NCBI RefSeq assembly: GCF_031769215.1
Contig: NW_026782942.1
Coordinates: 1-64,000 of the forward strand
Direction of reading: 5' to 3'
DNA: 64,000 nt
Origin: Ylistrum balloti
Taxonomy: Eukaryota
Made by a program: the position numbers and the translations under genes
In this document: positions 11,951 through 26,200 of the stretch, one piece after another
Position numbering within the stretch: position 1 is the first letter of the stretch
Layout: every line of letters starts with the position of its first letter
The notes under the pieces: model-generated
What the model saw: only the letters and a program-made list of their open reading frames with translations
The model's database searches: none
What the model was told of the DNA's origin: nothing

Positions 11951-12907
11951 TCTATTTAGCTTTTTTGCAAGTTTATTTTTTGTGTTCCCAGGACCCCAGT
12001 ATTAAGGCATATTGAGAGTTTTAATATAGTTAGATATAAATATTTATTATCGGTTAGCTTGTAATGATAATGACAATTATGAAAACAAGTAAGAAACAGC
12101 ACAATAATAGCAAGTCCCTTCGTTGGGGTTTCTGAATGCAAAGCATATCAGAATTATTCGAAAACCTCTAATAAAGAGAAGAATCCATACAATATTGATT
12201 GAGTACAGTTGTTCAATAAACACAATTCTAATGACATGTTACCAATGGATGCATTAAATGTATTTTCAGTGCTGTCATTTGTTGTAAACAACTTCCATAA
12301 GACGGTTGCAAACAGTATCAACTGAACACTTTCAATTACTGCAAACAATTTCAATCAAATATTATCGATCAGAAAGTAATGATAGCGTACTGCCATTCAA
12401 GTAAAAAAACCAACCTCAATCAGTGAAAATGATATCTGTAAAGTCATACAGAGAATTAAGTGTCAATTTCATTCCTCACAAACAAACAATAAACAAATAA
12501 ATGTCAGTGCAAACAATATCAATAAAGAAATAAAGCGAAGTCAAGGAGTTTTTATCATTTTAGTTGTAATTATACTAATTTTTTGATATATGAAAAACAT
12601 CCAAACTTGTTTTGTCCTCCAAACGTTTATAAGCACTTACCAAGTCAGATTATAAATGAAAAAGACTAAAAATAGTGGTTGGTCCTCTATCTAGACTTAT
12701 CCATATCAGCTCTACTATAACTTGGTATACTGTTTACGCCCCGTGATCATTATGCAGCCATCCAAGTGAATCTCTTATCACTAAACGGGTACGTTACTCG
12801 TCGTAAACATCACATTCGGTGACACATTCTGTACTACAGGTTGTGCTATTTGTTACGATAATTTAGGTCACTTACTTGTAATTCTTTAATTTCATCACCT
12901 TGCAAGC

Positions 12908-12914
12908 TATAAAT
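12908..12914 (+). promoter_or_regulatory. Candidate TATA box of XDH
   Basis: GCTATAAATA 54 nt upstream of the first ATG; position plausible, but the sequence is AT-rich. Confidence 0.4.
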
Positions 12915-12961
12915 ATTATGTTCAGTTACTGAGAATATTCAAAGTTAGTGACAACACCAGT

Positions 12962-13042
12962 ATGGATGTTAAATCTGGACCCGATATGGATTGTTCTATA
13001 CAGGAAACAACTGCTCTGACTTTCTATGTGAATGGGAAGAAG
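12962..13042 (+). CDS. XDH: XDH exon 1
   Basis: [27 protein letters not shown]; donor AAG|GTGAGT, phase 0. Confidence 0.9.
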
Positions 13043-16000
13043 GTGAGTTCTTTAATCCTCATATATAAGTGGTATAAATTACATGATGGTATCAGTTTGT
13101 TTCTCATTACAGAGGAAGCCATTAGTACAATGGTATCAAAACAAACGTGCTTTATACAGTACAGTATATATGCTGTTCAGCGTTAAAAATAAATAATGTA
13201 GAGTACATATTCAATGGATGATTTCATAAAAAAATACCTAAAATCGTACGTGTCAATGAATGCTTTGTGTTTAAGGGGAAAAACAGACATGAAAATCTCA
13301 AGTGGACTGATTCTAAATAGATGTAGTGTATCACATCTTCACCTTTTTGCCGCAATAATGTGAGGTATTTTGAAAACGATAATATAGATGACATATATAA
13401 CTGCTCCCTGGAAATCATAGAAAACTATTGAGAGCACAAGTGAAGAGTACCTTTCTACTTATCGTAGTACATCATTAGATACACCAAAGCTAAACAATAA
13501 ACTTACTATTGATTTTTGAGCTAAGATTGTAAAATATTAGGAACCTTCAAACGTCGAAATCAAAAATAAAGTAGGGAAAGTAAAATTCATTTTATAAACC
13601 TCTCGAACTACTCATGGCGTTTTGCTTCCTCTCTAGTTGGAGTGACATCGAATACACTAAAACAAAATTTTTCTTCGTATTATCGAACATCATATATCGT
13701 TATCTCGTTGTCTTTACTATGTATAAATGTGTCTGTTTTTAACACGAGTTGCGATCGATTTTGAGTTCCTTTGGTGTCACCTCTTCTTAATGGCAAGCCC
13801 CTGGCAGCATCAGCGAGACATAGCAATACGAAATAGATAACACAATCAGATTCATTCTATTGTATCATCCGTATTAGAAGAAGAAATTTACATTTGTTTA
13901 CTTTGTTCAGTCTTAAAATAAGTTATTAACTGGTATCCAAAACATTGCTAATTTTATCTTGATTTTTTTGTTTCCTCATTTGACTCTTTCTAAAGAGAGA
14001 TCGTTTTATTTTACAATGTTTCAACACTGAATGGAAGGAGTCATAATGAGCTTGATTGCTATTTCTATGAGTCGATAAATACGGACTTAAATAGCTGAAG
14101 TAATTTGGTATGATAGCCACTTCAATGTTTGGAGAGAATTTACATAGGCTTTGCCTGTTATTCAATCCAATTTGACGTTTACATCTTGTCAATAAAATTT
14201 GTTGAAATGAAAAAAATGATAAAAGACACACTGATGGTCCAGTTATTGTATCCACATGTACATAGACGCATTTTATATGAGGTGCAACAAAGGAAGACAC
14301 GAGTGTGGTTTTCCGAAAAGTTACACATGGCTGCGACTAAATTCAATAATTCAATGAAACCCGTTTACCAGATTATACTTAGTTTTACTTTAAATGCTAT
14401 ATTGTAATTCTAGTAATTGTGAAGTTAAGCTATTGAGGTCACAGTCTGTCACGCATCGATACAAACACGAAATGTGGGCAAGAAATCGGCGTGATATATT
14501 ACTTTTCGCTGTGGACAAAGTAAGGGGATCGCTCACCTTTCAAATATAATTTCTTTGTTATGTTTCCATGGTCATCATATTCTGTGCTGAACATAAAGCA
14601 GGGTATATCAAATACGTGTATGAAAAATATGTCACAACTAAAGGGGCAAAAAAACCCCAACAAAACACATAGTTTCCCTTACAAGACGGACTCCTTTATT
14701 TAAAACATCGTGGAAAAATGGTGACAATAATGGTATAAAAACGGTTGCCTTATGTTCACCACAAAGAACACTAGACAAATATTCATGATATTTAAGTATT
14801 CGAACCACGAATTCAAATGTATCAATATTTATATATATTATATCATATATATATGATATTGAAGCACTCTTTACGCATGCGTACTTAAAATGAGGTGAGG
14901 GTCAAGTGGTACGTGCGATATTGTAGACTTAAATTGACTGGTCATGTTCAATATAAAAATGCAGTGTAGACACATCGTTTGTACTCAAAAGGTAAGCATG
15001 CTTTTATGGCCAACATCTGTAAAGGAGAGAATTAAAAAAGCAAAATATCATTTACCCTGTAGTAAGGTATAATATACCCTGTAGTAAGGTATACTTTACC
15101 CTGTAGTAAGGTATAATTTACCCTGTAGTAAGGCATAATTTACCATGAAGTAAGGTATAATTTACCCTGTAGTAAGGTATACCTTACCCTGTAGTAAGGT
15201 ATAACTTACCCTGTAGTAAGGTATACCTTACCCTGTAGTAAGGTATTACTCACCCTGTAGTAGGGTATACTTTACCCTGTAGTAAGGTATTACTCACCCT
15301 GTAGTAAGGTATAATTTACCCTGTAGTAAGGTGTAATTTACCCTGTAGTAAGGTATAATTTACCCTGTAGTAAGGTATAATTTACCCTGTAGTAAGGTAT
15401 AATTTACCCTGTAGTAAGGTATAATTTATCCTGTAGTAAGGTATAATTTACCCTGTAGTAAGGTATAATTTACCCTGTAGTAAGATATAATTTACCCTGT
15501 AGTAAGGTATAATTTACCCTGTAGTAAGGTAGTAAGATATAATTTACCCTGTAGTAAGGTATAATTTACCCTGTAGTAAGGTATAATTTACCCTGTAGTA
15601 ATTTACCCTGTAGTAAGGATATAATTTACCCTGTAGTAAGGTATAATTTACCCTGTAGTAAGATATAATTTACCCTGTAGTAAGGTGTAATTTACCCTGT
15701 AGTAAGATATAATTTACCCTGTAGTAAGATATAATTTACCCTGTAGTAAGGTATAATTTACCCTGTAGTAAGGTATACCTTACCCTGTAGTAAGGTATAA
15801 TTTACCCTGTAGTAAGATATAATTTACCCTGTAGTAAGGTATACTTTACCCTGTAGTAAGGTATAATTTACCCTGTAGTAAGATATAATTTACCCTGTAG
15901 TAAGGTGTAATTTACCCTGTAGTAAGGTATACCTTACCCTGTAGTAAGGTGTAATTTACCCTGTACCCTGTAGTAAGGTATAATTTACCCTGTAGTAAGG

Positions 16001-17225
16001 TATAATTTACCCTGTAGTAAGATATAATTTACCCTGTAGTAAGGTATAATTTACCCTGTAGTAAGATATAATTTACCCTGTAGTAAGGTATAATTTACCC
16101 TGTAGTAAGATATAATTTACCCTGTAGTAAGGTATAATTTACCCTGTAGTAAGATATAATTTACCCTGTAGTAAGGTGTAATTTACCCTGTAGTAAGATA
16201 TAATTTACCCTGTAGTAAGGTATAATTTACCCTGTAGTAAGGTATAATTTACCCTGTAGTAAGGTATAATTTACTCTGTATTAAGGTATAACTTACCCTA
16301 AAGCAATGATTTACCCTGTAGTAAGGTAGGACTTACGCTGTAGTAAACTACAACTTACCCTATTATAAGGTATGATTAATTTTGTACACCTCAATCGTAA
16401 ATAGAGATCGTTTTCCATTTTTTATGTCATGTTGACCGGACAACTACTTCATTTATGTGGGATACAGATGGTCTTCCTTCTGTTGTGTAAGGTTACATTA
16501 CTTGTTCACGATATTGTAAATGGAGATATAGGCTTTTTCAGGTTGATAACATCAACAGCTTTATTTGTGTTTAGACGATACCTAAACGATATTGATATCC
16601 AGGTTGTTAATTTCGAAACGGGGTCGTTCGATTCCATCCACAAAGTTATAAAGTTTGATCATTTTAAATGAAGAAAATAGTTGCTACGCTTTCTACAATG
16701 TTTCCAATCAAGAGTCGAGCATGACTTGCCGTGCTCATCATAATTAATTTCACGTTTGGCCTAAACTACTAAAATCGGACGCGAGGCTGTTTGATTTACA
16801 CGGTAATACTGCAGCACAGATGTATATCTGGTATCAAGATTGTCCTCAGGTTTCTTCAGGGATAAAACTGCGAACAAACCATCAACAAACTCATTACACC
16901 TGGTATTGGAGAAAGAGTATGAATACGCTGTATAGCTGTAAAGGGGTGTTTCATGTACATCTCGTCTTTCGCATTATCCTGCCTGTTAAGATACTTATTC
17001 AAGAAATGCAAAATTTTTAAAGGTATAGACAAAAATACCAAGTTAGTTCGTTTGATAAAACGTATAATATATTCAAGGTCATTACCGGTTAAAATCGGCA
17101 GTATATCTGCATATCTATAAAGAGAGTCTCTACTAAAGTTTCTAGTATAGGTATATTCTTTATCTCTGTATCTCTAAATATTATAAGCACAATATGTCAG
17201 GACTGCCTCTAGCGATATTATGGAG

Positions 17226-17275
<50 letters not shown>

Positions 17276-20200
17276 TGAGTATCGGTACATATATATGTCA
17301 GGAGTATTACTACCGATATAATATGCCAGGTGTATCTCTACAGATATTATATGTCAGGATTATTACTACACATATTATATGTCAGGATTATTACTACCGA
17401 TATAATATGTAAGTTGTATTACTACAGATACAATTGTCAGGTGTTTCTCTACAGATATTATATGACAGAAGTGATACTACATATATTATATATCAGGTGT
17501 ATCTCTACAGATATTATATGTCAGGAGTATTTCTACATATTATATGTCAGGTTTATCTCTACAGATATAATTGTCAAGTGTTTCTCTACAGATATTATAT
17601 GTCAGGAGTATTACTACAGATATTATATGTCAGGAGTATTTATACAGATATTATGTGTCAGGATTATTACTACAGATATTATATGCAAGGTGTATTTCTA
17701 TAGATATTATATATCAGTTGTATCTCTACAGATATTATATATCAGATGTATCTCTACAGATATTATATGTCAGGTGTTTCTCTACAGATATTATATATCA
17801 GGATTATTACTGCAGATATTATATGTCAGGAGTATTACAACATATATTATATATCAGGATTATTACTACAGATATCATATATCAGGATTATTACTACAGA
17901 TATTATATATCAGGATTATTACTGCAGATATTATATGTCAGGAGTATTACAACATATATTATATGTCAGGAGTATTACTACATATATTATATATCAGGAT
18001 TATTACTACAGTTATTATAGGTCAGGATTATTACTACACATATTATATGTCAGGATTATTACTATCGATATAATATGTCAGATGTATTTCTACAGATATA
18101 ATTGTCAGGTGTATCTCTACAGATATTATATGTCAGGAGTATTTATACAGATATTATATATCAGGACTCTCTCTACAGATTTAATTTTCAGGTTTATCTC
18201 TAGAGATATTATATGTCAGGATTATAACTAAAGATATTATATGTCAGGAGTATTACTACAGATATTATAGGTCAGGTGTATTTAAACAGATATTATTTGT
18301 CAGGACTCTCTCTACAGATATTATATGTCAGATGTATTTCTACAGATATTAATTGTCAGGTGTATCTCTACATTTATCATATGTCAGGAAACTTACTACA
18401 GATATAATTGTCAGTTGTTTCTCTACAGATATTATATGTCAGGAGTATTGCTTCAGATAATATATGTCAGGATTATTACTACCGATATAATATGTCAGGT
18501 GTATTTTTACAAATATTATATGTAAGGAGTATTACTACAGATATCATATATAATGATTATTACTACAGATATTATATGTCAGGAGTATTACTACAGATAT
18601 AATATGTAAGGAGTATTACTACAGATATCATATATCAGGATTATTACTACAGATATTATAAATCAGGAGTATTACTGCAGATATTATATGTCAGGAGTAC
18701 TACAACATATATTATATATCAGGAGTATTACTACATATATTATATGTCAGGATTATTACTACACATATTATATGTCAGGATTATTACTACCGATATGATA
18801 TGTCAGGTGTATTTCTACAGATATAATTCTCAGGAGTATTTATACATATATAATATGCCAGGTGTATCTCTACAGATATTATATGTCAGTAGTATCTCTA
18901 CAGATATTATTTGTCAGGACTCTCTCTACAGATATAATTGTCAGGAAAATTACTACAGATATATTTGTCAGGTGTATCTCTACAGATATTATATGTCAGG
19001 AGTATCGCTACAGATAATATATGTCAGGTTTATCTCTACAGATATTATTTATCAGGATTATTACTACACATATTATATGTCAGTATAATTACTACCGATA
19101 TAATATGTGAGGTGTATTGCTACAGATATAATTGTCAGGTGTAACTCTACAGATATTATATGTCAGGAGTATTGATACAGATATTATATATCAGGACTCT
19201 CTCTATAGATATTATATGTCAAGTGTATCTCTACATATATTATATATAATGATTATTACTACAGATATTATATGTCAGGAGTATTACTACAGATATTATA
19301 TGTAAGGAGTATTACTACAGATATCATATATCAGGATTATTACTACAGATATTATATATGATGATTATTACTACTGATATTATATATCAGGATTATTACT
19401 ACAGATATTATATATCAGGATTATTACTACAGTTATTATATATCAGGATTATTACTACAGTTATTATATGTCAGGAGTATTACTACAGATATTATATATC
19501 AGGATTATTACTATATTATATTATATATCAGATATTATATATCAGGATTATTACTACAGATATCATATATCAGGAGTATTACTACAGATATATATATGTC
19601 AGATATTATATGTCAGGATTATTACTACAGATATTATATATGATGATTATTACTACTGATATTATATGTCAGGAGTATTACTACATATATTATATATCAG
19701 GATTGTTACTACAGATATTATATGTCAGGAGTATTACAACATATATTATATGTCAGGAGTATTACTACAGATATAATTGTCAGGTGTTTCTCTGCAGATA
19801 ATATATGTCAGGTTTATTTCTACAGATATTAAATGTCAGGATTATTAAAACACATCTTATATGTCAGGATTATTACTACCGATATAATATGCCAGGTGTG
19901 TCTCTACAGATATTATATGTCAGGATTATTACTACAAATATTATATGTCAGGATTATTACTTCCGATATAATATGTAAGGTGTATTTCTAGAGATATAAT
20001 TGTCAGGTGTATCTCTACAGATATTATATGTCAGGAGTATTTGTACAGATATTATATATCAGGACACTCTCTAAAGATTTTTTAGGTCAGGACTCTCTCT
20101 ACAGATAATATATGTCAAGTGTATCTCTACATATATTATATATAATGATTATTACTACAGATATTATAAGTCAGGAGTATTACTACAGATATTATATGTA

Positions 20201-23200
20201 AGGAGTGTTACTACCGATATCATATATCAGGATTATTACTACAGATATTATATATCAGGATTATTACTGCAGATATTATATGTCAGGAGTATTACAACAT
20301 ATATTATATATCAGGAGTATTACTACAGATATTATATATCATATATTATATATCAGGAGTATTACTACAGTTATTATATGTCAGGATTATTACTACAGTT
20401 ATTATAGGTCAGGATTATTACTACACATATTATATGTCAGGATTATTACTACCGATATAATATGTCAGATGTATTTCTACAGATATAGTTGTCAGGTGTA
20501 TATCTACAGATATTATATGTCAGAAGTATTTATACAGATATATATCAGGACTCTCTCTACAGATTTAATTGTCAGGTTTATCTCTAGAGATATTATATGT
20601 CAGGATTATAACTAAAGATATTATTTGTCAGGAGTATTTATACATATATAATATACCAGGTGTATCTCTACAGATATTATATGTCAGGAGTATTACTACA
20701 GATATTATATATCAGATGTATTTCTACAGATATTAATTGTCAGGTGTATCTCTACATATATCATATGTCAGGAAACTTACTACAGATATAATTGTCAGTT
20801 GTTTCTCTTCAGATATTATAGGGCAGGATTATTGCTTCAGATAATATATGTCAGGATTATTCCTACCGATATAATATGTCAGGTGTATTTATACAGATAT
20901 ATATCAGGACTCTCTCTACAGATATAATTGTCAGGTTTGTCTCTAGAGATATTATATGTCAGGAGTATTACTACAGATATTATATGTCAGATGTATTATT
21001 ACATATATTATATGTCAGGTGTATTACTACAGATATTATATGTCAGAAGTATAACTACAGATATTATATGTCAGGATTACCTCTACAGATATTATATGTC
21101 TGGAGTATCCGTATAGATTTTATATGTACGGAGTATTTCTAAAGGTGTTTTATATGTCAGGAATGTTACTACAGATATTTTATGCAAGAAGTGTTACTAA
21201 GTTTTGTTGCAAGAGTATCGTTCTAGGCATTATATGTCAGGAGTATCCATACTGCCTAGACAATTGTTTCCGCGCATCAAATATGAAGTGGGAATGTTTG
21301 TGTTACGACGTCAAGTCAATTATGTATCATAAAAGGTGATGGTTGCCAACGCTGCAGGAACGTTCAAGCTTCGATTCAATTGGTATGAGGCAAACTGTGC
21401 TCTGATAGAGCACAGAACGACTAAAATGTGTTTTGGAACTGTTTATCTCCAGCGGTGACCAGTCATATGGAGGATATCGAGGGAAGCTGGAGCCGATTAT
21501 GAAACCGATGTTGCTGAATTTGTTGAAAACAAATTCCTTTTCTGATCGACAGCCTGATTTCTGTGGAGTCGTATTCAAGCAGTGTTGTCGACGGAGGAAA
21601 CCCGTCTACAGAAATCAGTTCTAACTCGAAGGACATAATGACCAATTTCCAGTTAGAAGGCTAAGCTCAGAACAAGAGAGATTGAACCTTGGACCCGTAA
21701 GTTTGCCCTTCCAAGCAGCAGCGGCCTGTTATGGAACATTTTCCTTCAGGATCCCACAGAAATCAAAACCGTAGGAGTGATCTCCATTTTCAATATTCTG
21801 TATAACTGTTTATGGCTCTTAGCTCCGGTGACTCTCCAGGGCAAAGTTCTCCTGTGATGTATGGTCGAAAGAACAGTTGACTGGGATGAACGCCTCTCTG
21901 CGGGCCAGCATGGAGAGTGGGAAGCATGGAAGAAGTCATAACAGGAACTGGGAAACCTACAGGTTCCGCGCAGAATTTCTGAGGTCGACAGCTCAAATAA
22001 AGTACGTGTGTTTGCGGATGCATCTGAACAGGCCATAGCTGCAGTGGCATACCTTCAGAGAGTAGACACTGGCGGGGCCATCCATATAGGCTAGGAACAT
22101 TCAAGGTAGGTTTTGGGTCGGAAGACATGCTCCTTACCCGGACGGCAAATTTATTCTAGGATATCTGTAAAAATTGAATTAGACATTCCTATGTATATGT
22201 CGCCAAACAGCATGGGTAGGACACTGCGCTATACGAAACAATGTTGAGTATGATTACAGTCCAGGAGAATGAGCTGATCCCTACTCCTGTCATACATCTC
22301 TTTAGCAAATATTCCTGATGGTCGAAGCTGGTTAAGGTGGTCTCCTGCGTGAGACCCCAACCCTAACCTGTCAGGCTTTCATATCCGAGATCGGTGAAAT
22401 CAACGAAAGCCCATGAAACATTCATCATTCTACACAAAGAACCCGACTTTTACTACTGCCAAACATATGCACAACTGCTCTGTACAACCACAATAAGTCG
22501 TCAAAGCAACGATTATACGATATGAAGCAATACACTTGGCGGAATTGCCTCATATTTAGAGGAATTCCAGAATCAGTGGACGAAAACACCGATAAACTTA
22601 TCCTAGAGGCATGCAATAATACATTTGAGGTTATGGTTACCGAATCCGACATCAACAGGCCACATTGGGTATGCCCTTTCAACAAAATTGATCCCAAGAC
22701 ATTCTTGCACGCTGTTTTTCATTTAGGATCAGGACTAACATATACGATGCTAGATTCATTCTGTTTACTGAGCAGCAACATCAATCAACATTTCCATCGT
22801 TGCAGCAGTCCAAATCAAATAACCCAAACTCTTCTTACACGAAGCACTTACCAAGACCAGGACCACATTATGCGCCAAGATATGCTTCCTCAAGAAGCAG
22901 GATTGTATCTCAGGTGCGTGGTCACGGGAAGGCTGAATAATCATACGCTACACTACATGTGAGAAGCATCAAGTGTTCAAACTTGAAGAACTATCATCTT
23001 ACGCTCACCTCCACCAAATAAGCATCAAGGACCTAGCAAGCTAGTTATGGGCTATGGATCTAATACTGATCAATGCAAGCCATTTATGACTATACAAGAC
23101 TGTAAATAGAGAATATCAATGTCTGCTTGACATTATGTATAAACCTGCGTAAATTATAACCATGAGTAAATAAAACTACAATTCTAGCTTCTTTTGTTTA

Positions 23201-26200
23201 TCAATAACTCTCTCTATATAAATTACTGTAAGTATCAAGCTAAAATGTAATGATTTTACAACTATCCAGAAAAATTGTGAAAATGGCTTGAAATATTAAG
23301 GTATGCTAGATATTAATTTCATATAATTTTCCAGATGTATAAATTATGGATATATAGACCAAGTGTTTAACTGAATAATTCATAATTGAGAAAGGCACAA
23401 AGGAATATGAACCATTGTTCAACTCTTTCTGTGCATACAATCTACACATGTTGAAGGTAATTATTGCTAATGATATCCTATATGTTTTACATAAATCTTA
23501 ATCCCAATATATTCCAAGGAATGCTTGTCCCATCATACTTACTTTTTAAATTGTATTCACAATCTAATATATACATGATAATTCAGTACATCTCAGACAC
23601 AAGATAAAAGTATGATTAGAAACTTACATCATTTGCAGTATTGTAGATATAAATATGGAGCTGCAAACTGCTGTATTATCCAACTGTAATTTGAAATATT
23701 GCAGAACGTTTCAACTTTCAGTTTACAGTTTTAATGATGTCTCTATTACTCTTTTATTGATCCGTGTGTTAAAATCAAGTGATTAACAGTTATATGTTTT
23801 CGAAACCCTAACCAAATTGTGTTAAATTACTATTATGCTATTTTGTCCATTTTGTTTAACAATTATTCGTATCCAATGTTCATCGCGTGCCTAGCTAATA
23901 TTCTCCTGTTACAAATATACTAGCGGAAAAAAGAAATGCGAGTTCATTTTCGATTATTATTATTTTACGCGATTCATTGATGATTATTTCGTTGTTCACG
24001 ATTATTTCATCACTACTGAATACATGTTGATGATTTTTGTCCTATCACAGACTGCGTTTGCATGAATAGCGTTAAAACAAGGGTACACCTGGCTTCAGTC
24101 ACTGCTCTTACTCTCCTTAACACTGAGCTCATCAATGTGTTTATTGTCCTTTGAGATGTTTTTGTACTCCAGAATAATGGTCTGCGTGAGGTGAGCGACG
24201 TTATATGGGACGTTGACACGCTTCCGTACCCTCCAGTCCAGATCGTTCCACAAATGCTCTATTGGGGACAAATATGGACTTAATTCTGGACCATCAAGAA
24301 TTGGAACGTTGTTTTGAGCTAGAAATCGCGACAAACCCTAGAAACACGGGGCCTCGGGTTAGGTTACGTTGTTGGATAGGAGAAAGGACGTGTGGTCTCA
24401 AGATCTGATCCTTATATGTTACTGCTGTAAGATTGCCTTGGATAAACTCGAGAGGTATTTTCACGTCTTCAGATATCCCTGCCCATATCATAATAGGTCT
24501 TCCCCCGTTACGCAAGCTTCAGAATATCGCTCACCATGATGTTGATATACACGTTGTCGCCAAAAGTGTGGAGCGAGACTCGTAAGTGAACAACACGCGT
24601 TTCCAGTGGGCCAAACGAGACCGATAAGGTGCATGTGTAAGTAGCCACTGCATCTTACGTTGCCGTAACGTCTCAATGGTGGACCAACATAGGGATATAC
24701 TGGCCTTAAATAAAACTTCCGCAAGTTAGCCGTTTTCGGACACCATAATTTGGTGTGCTGCCTTGATCGCCGTTTGAAATCGGAGATTCCCGAGATATAT
24801 GTCTCTATCTTGACGTGGCAACGTAAAGCCCGGACGGTCTGGAGACGGTCACCCAAACTCCCTGTGGCTCTGAACCGCCAAATTAAGCGGGAAATGGCTG
24901 TCTCATGTACGTAATATTACTGGGCTTCATGACGTTTTGAATGCTCCTGCATTATCAGAGCAATGGTCCTATATCTATCGACTTCACGCAATCGCGGCAT
25001 ATCGCTCTACAATCACTTCGAAATGAAATGTTGCGTAGCTGATTTATACTGTTCCGATGTTCGATTTGTAATAATTTACCCAACACACTCCGGATACACG
25101 CTTTCTTGAAAAAGCTGCTTAAAGAATGCAGCGTCGAGCTATGTCACGGTCTGATAATTTTAGCCGAGGGACATTTTCAGTTCACGGAGGTAGCTCGGTG
25201 TCAAATTTGATTAAATTTCGTCCACGTGTCTAAGAGTTATATTACAAAAAACGAACATCTAAAGTGTATTAACATTGCATATATATATATATATATCCTA
25301 AGAGAATGTAATGAAGAATATATGGATAACTAAGTCCATATTTTAGAAAATGCTTGCAACACATGTGTTGATATCATTATTAGAGGGAATATTAATGTAA
25401 ATATGTTAATCAGTTCTGTAAATACCCACTTTAGTTAACCAAGGTGACGGAGACAACTGCCTAAGTTATCAATGTATTATTCACAAGAAAGCGTAACCTT
25501 GGACATACTATAGTGAATACTCCAACATACAGTGAGCCATCTATTATTGATTTCGTTTGTTCAAATTTTGTATTAAAAGGAAATTGTGGATCTAGTCAGC
25601 GAAGCTAAAAAGAAACTACGTTGATAAGTTACAAGAATTACTCTACGACCAATCAAACTAATGGTGAAAAATTGCAGTTATGAATTCTAATAATCTATCT
25701 TATTCCATATCCCCAATATATGATATAACCAATATACACAATGCATTTGATAACACAGAATGTCTAAGTAACTATTTTAACTCCATATCAACTTCCCTTG
25801 AAAATTTGTTTTCTCTTTAAGTGAAAAACGTCATTGTATCTGAACAGGTCATCAAAGATCAACTACTTCTACTTAATGATAATAATCCCTGATCCTCATA
25901 ATATGATACCTATGATAATCAAACTATTTACCCCTCAATGTCAAAAGGAATTGGACATCAGGCATTGCCTATTCAAGTACTCTCCTTCGGGTGACAACAT
26001 GTGGTAAACAAGCATACAATTTTGTTAAAGAAAGACTTAAGGGAAAGTATCTCCTTATTGTAAACAAACTAGTTCAGGATTATATTAGGAAGTAACTCAA
26101 TGTTATGTCTATCGAATTTGAGCATTAGTCAAGATGATCACGTCTGAGATCGATTTATATTCTTAATTTTGGCTTGATGTGTTCAAATATTGGTTGAAAC

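Noticed and set aside
17194-21142. Many Y/I-rich ORFs up to 247 aa
   Set aside because: They are translations of the 28-bp satellite in all three frames, with no unique domain or splice support.
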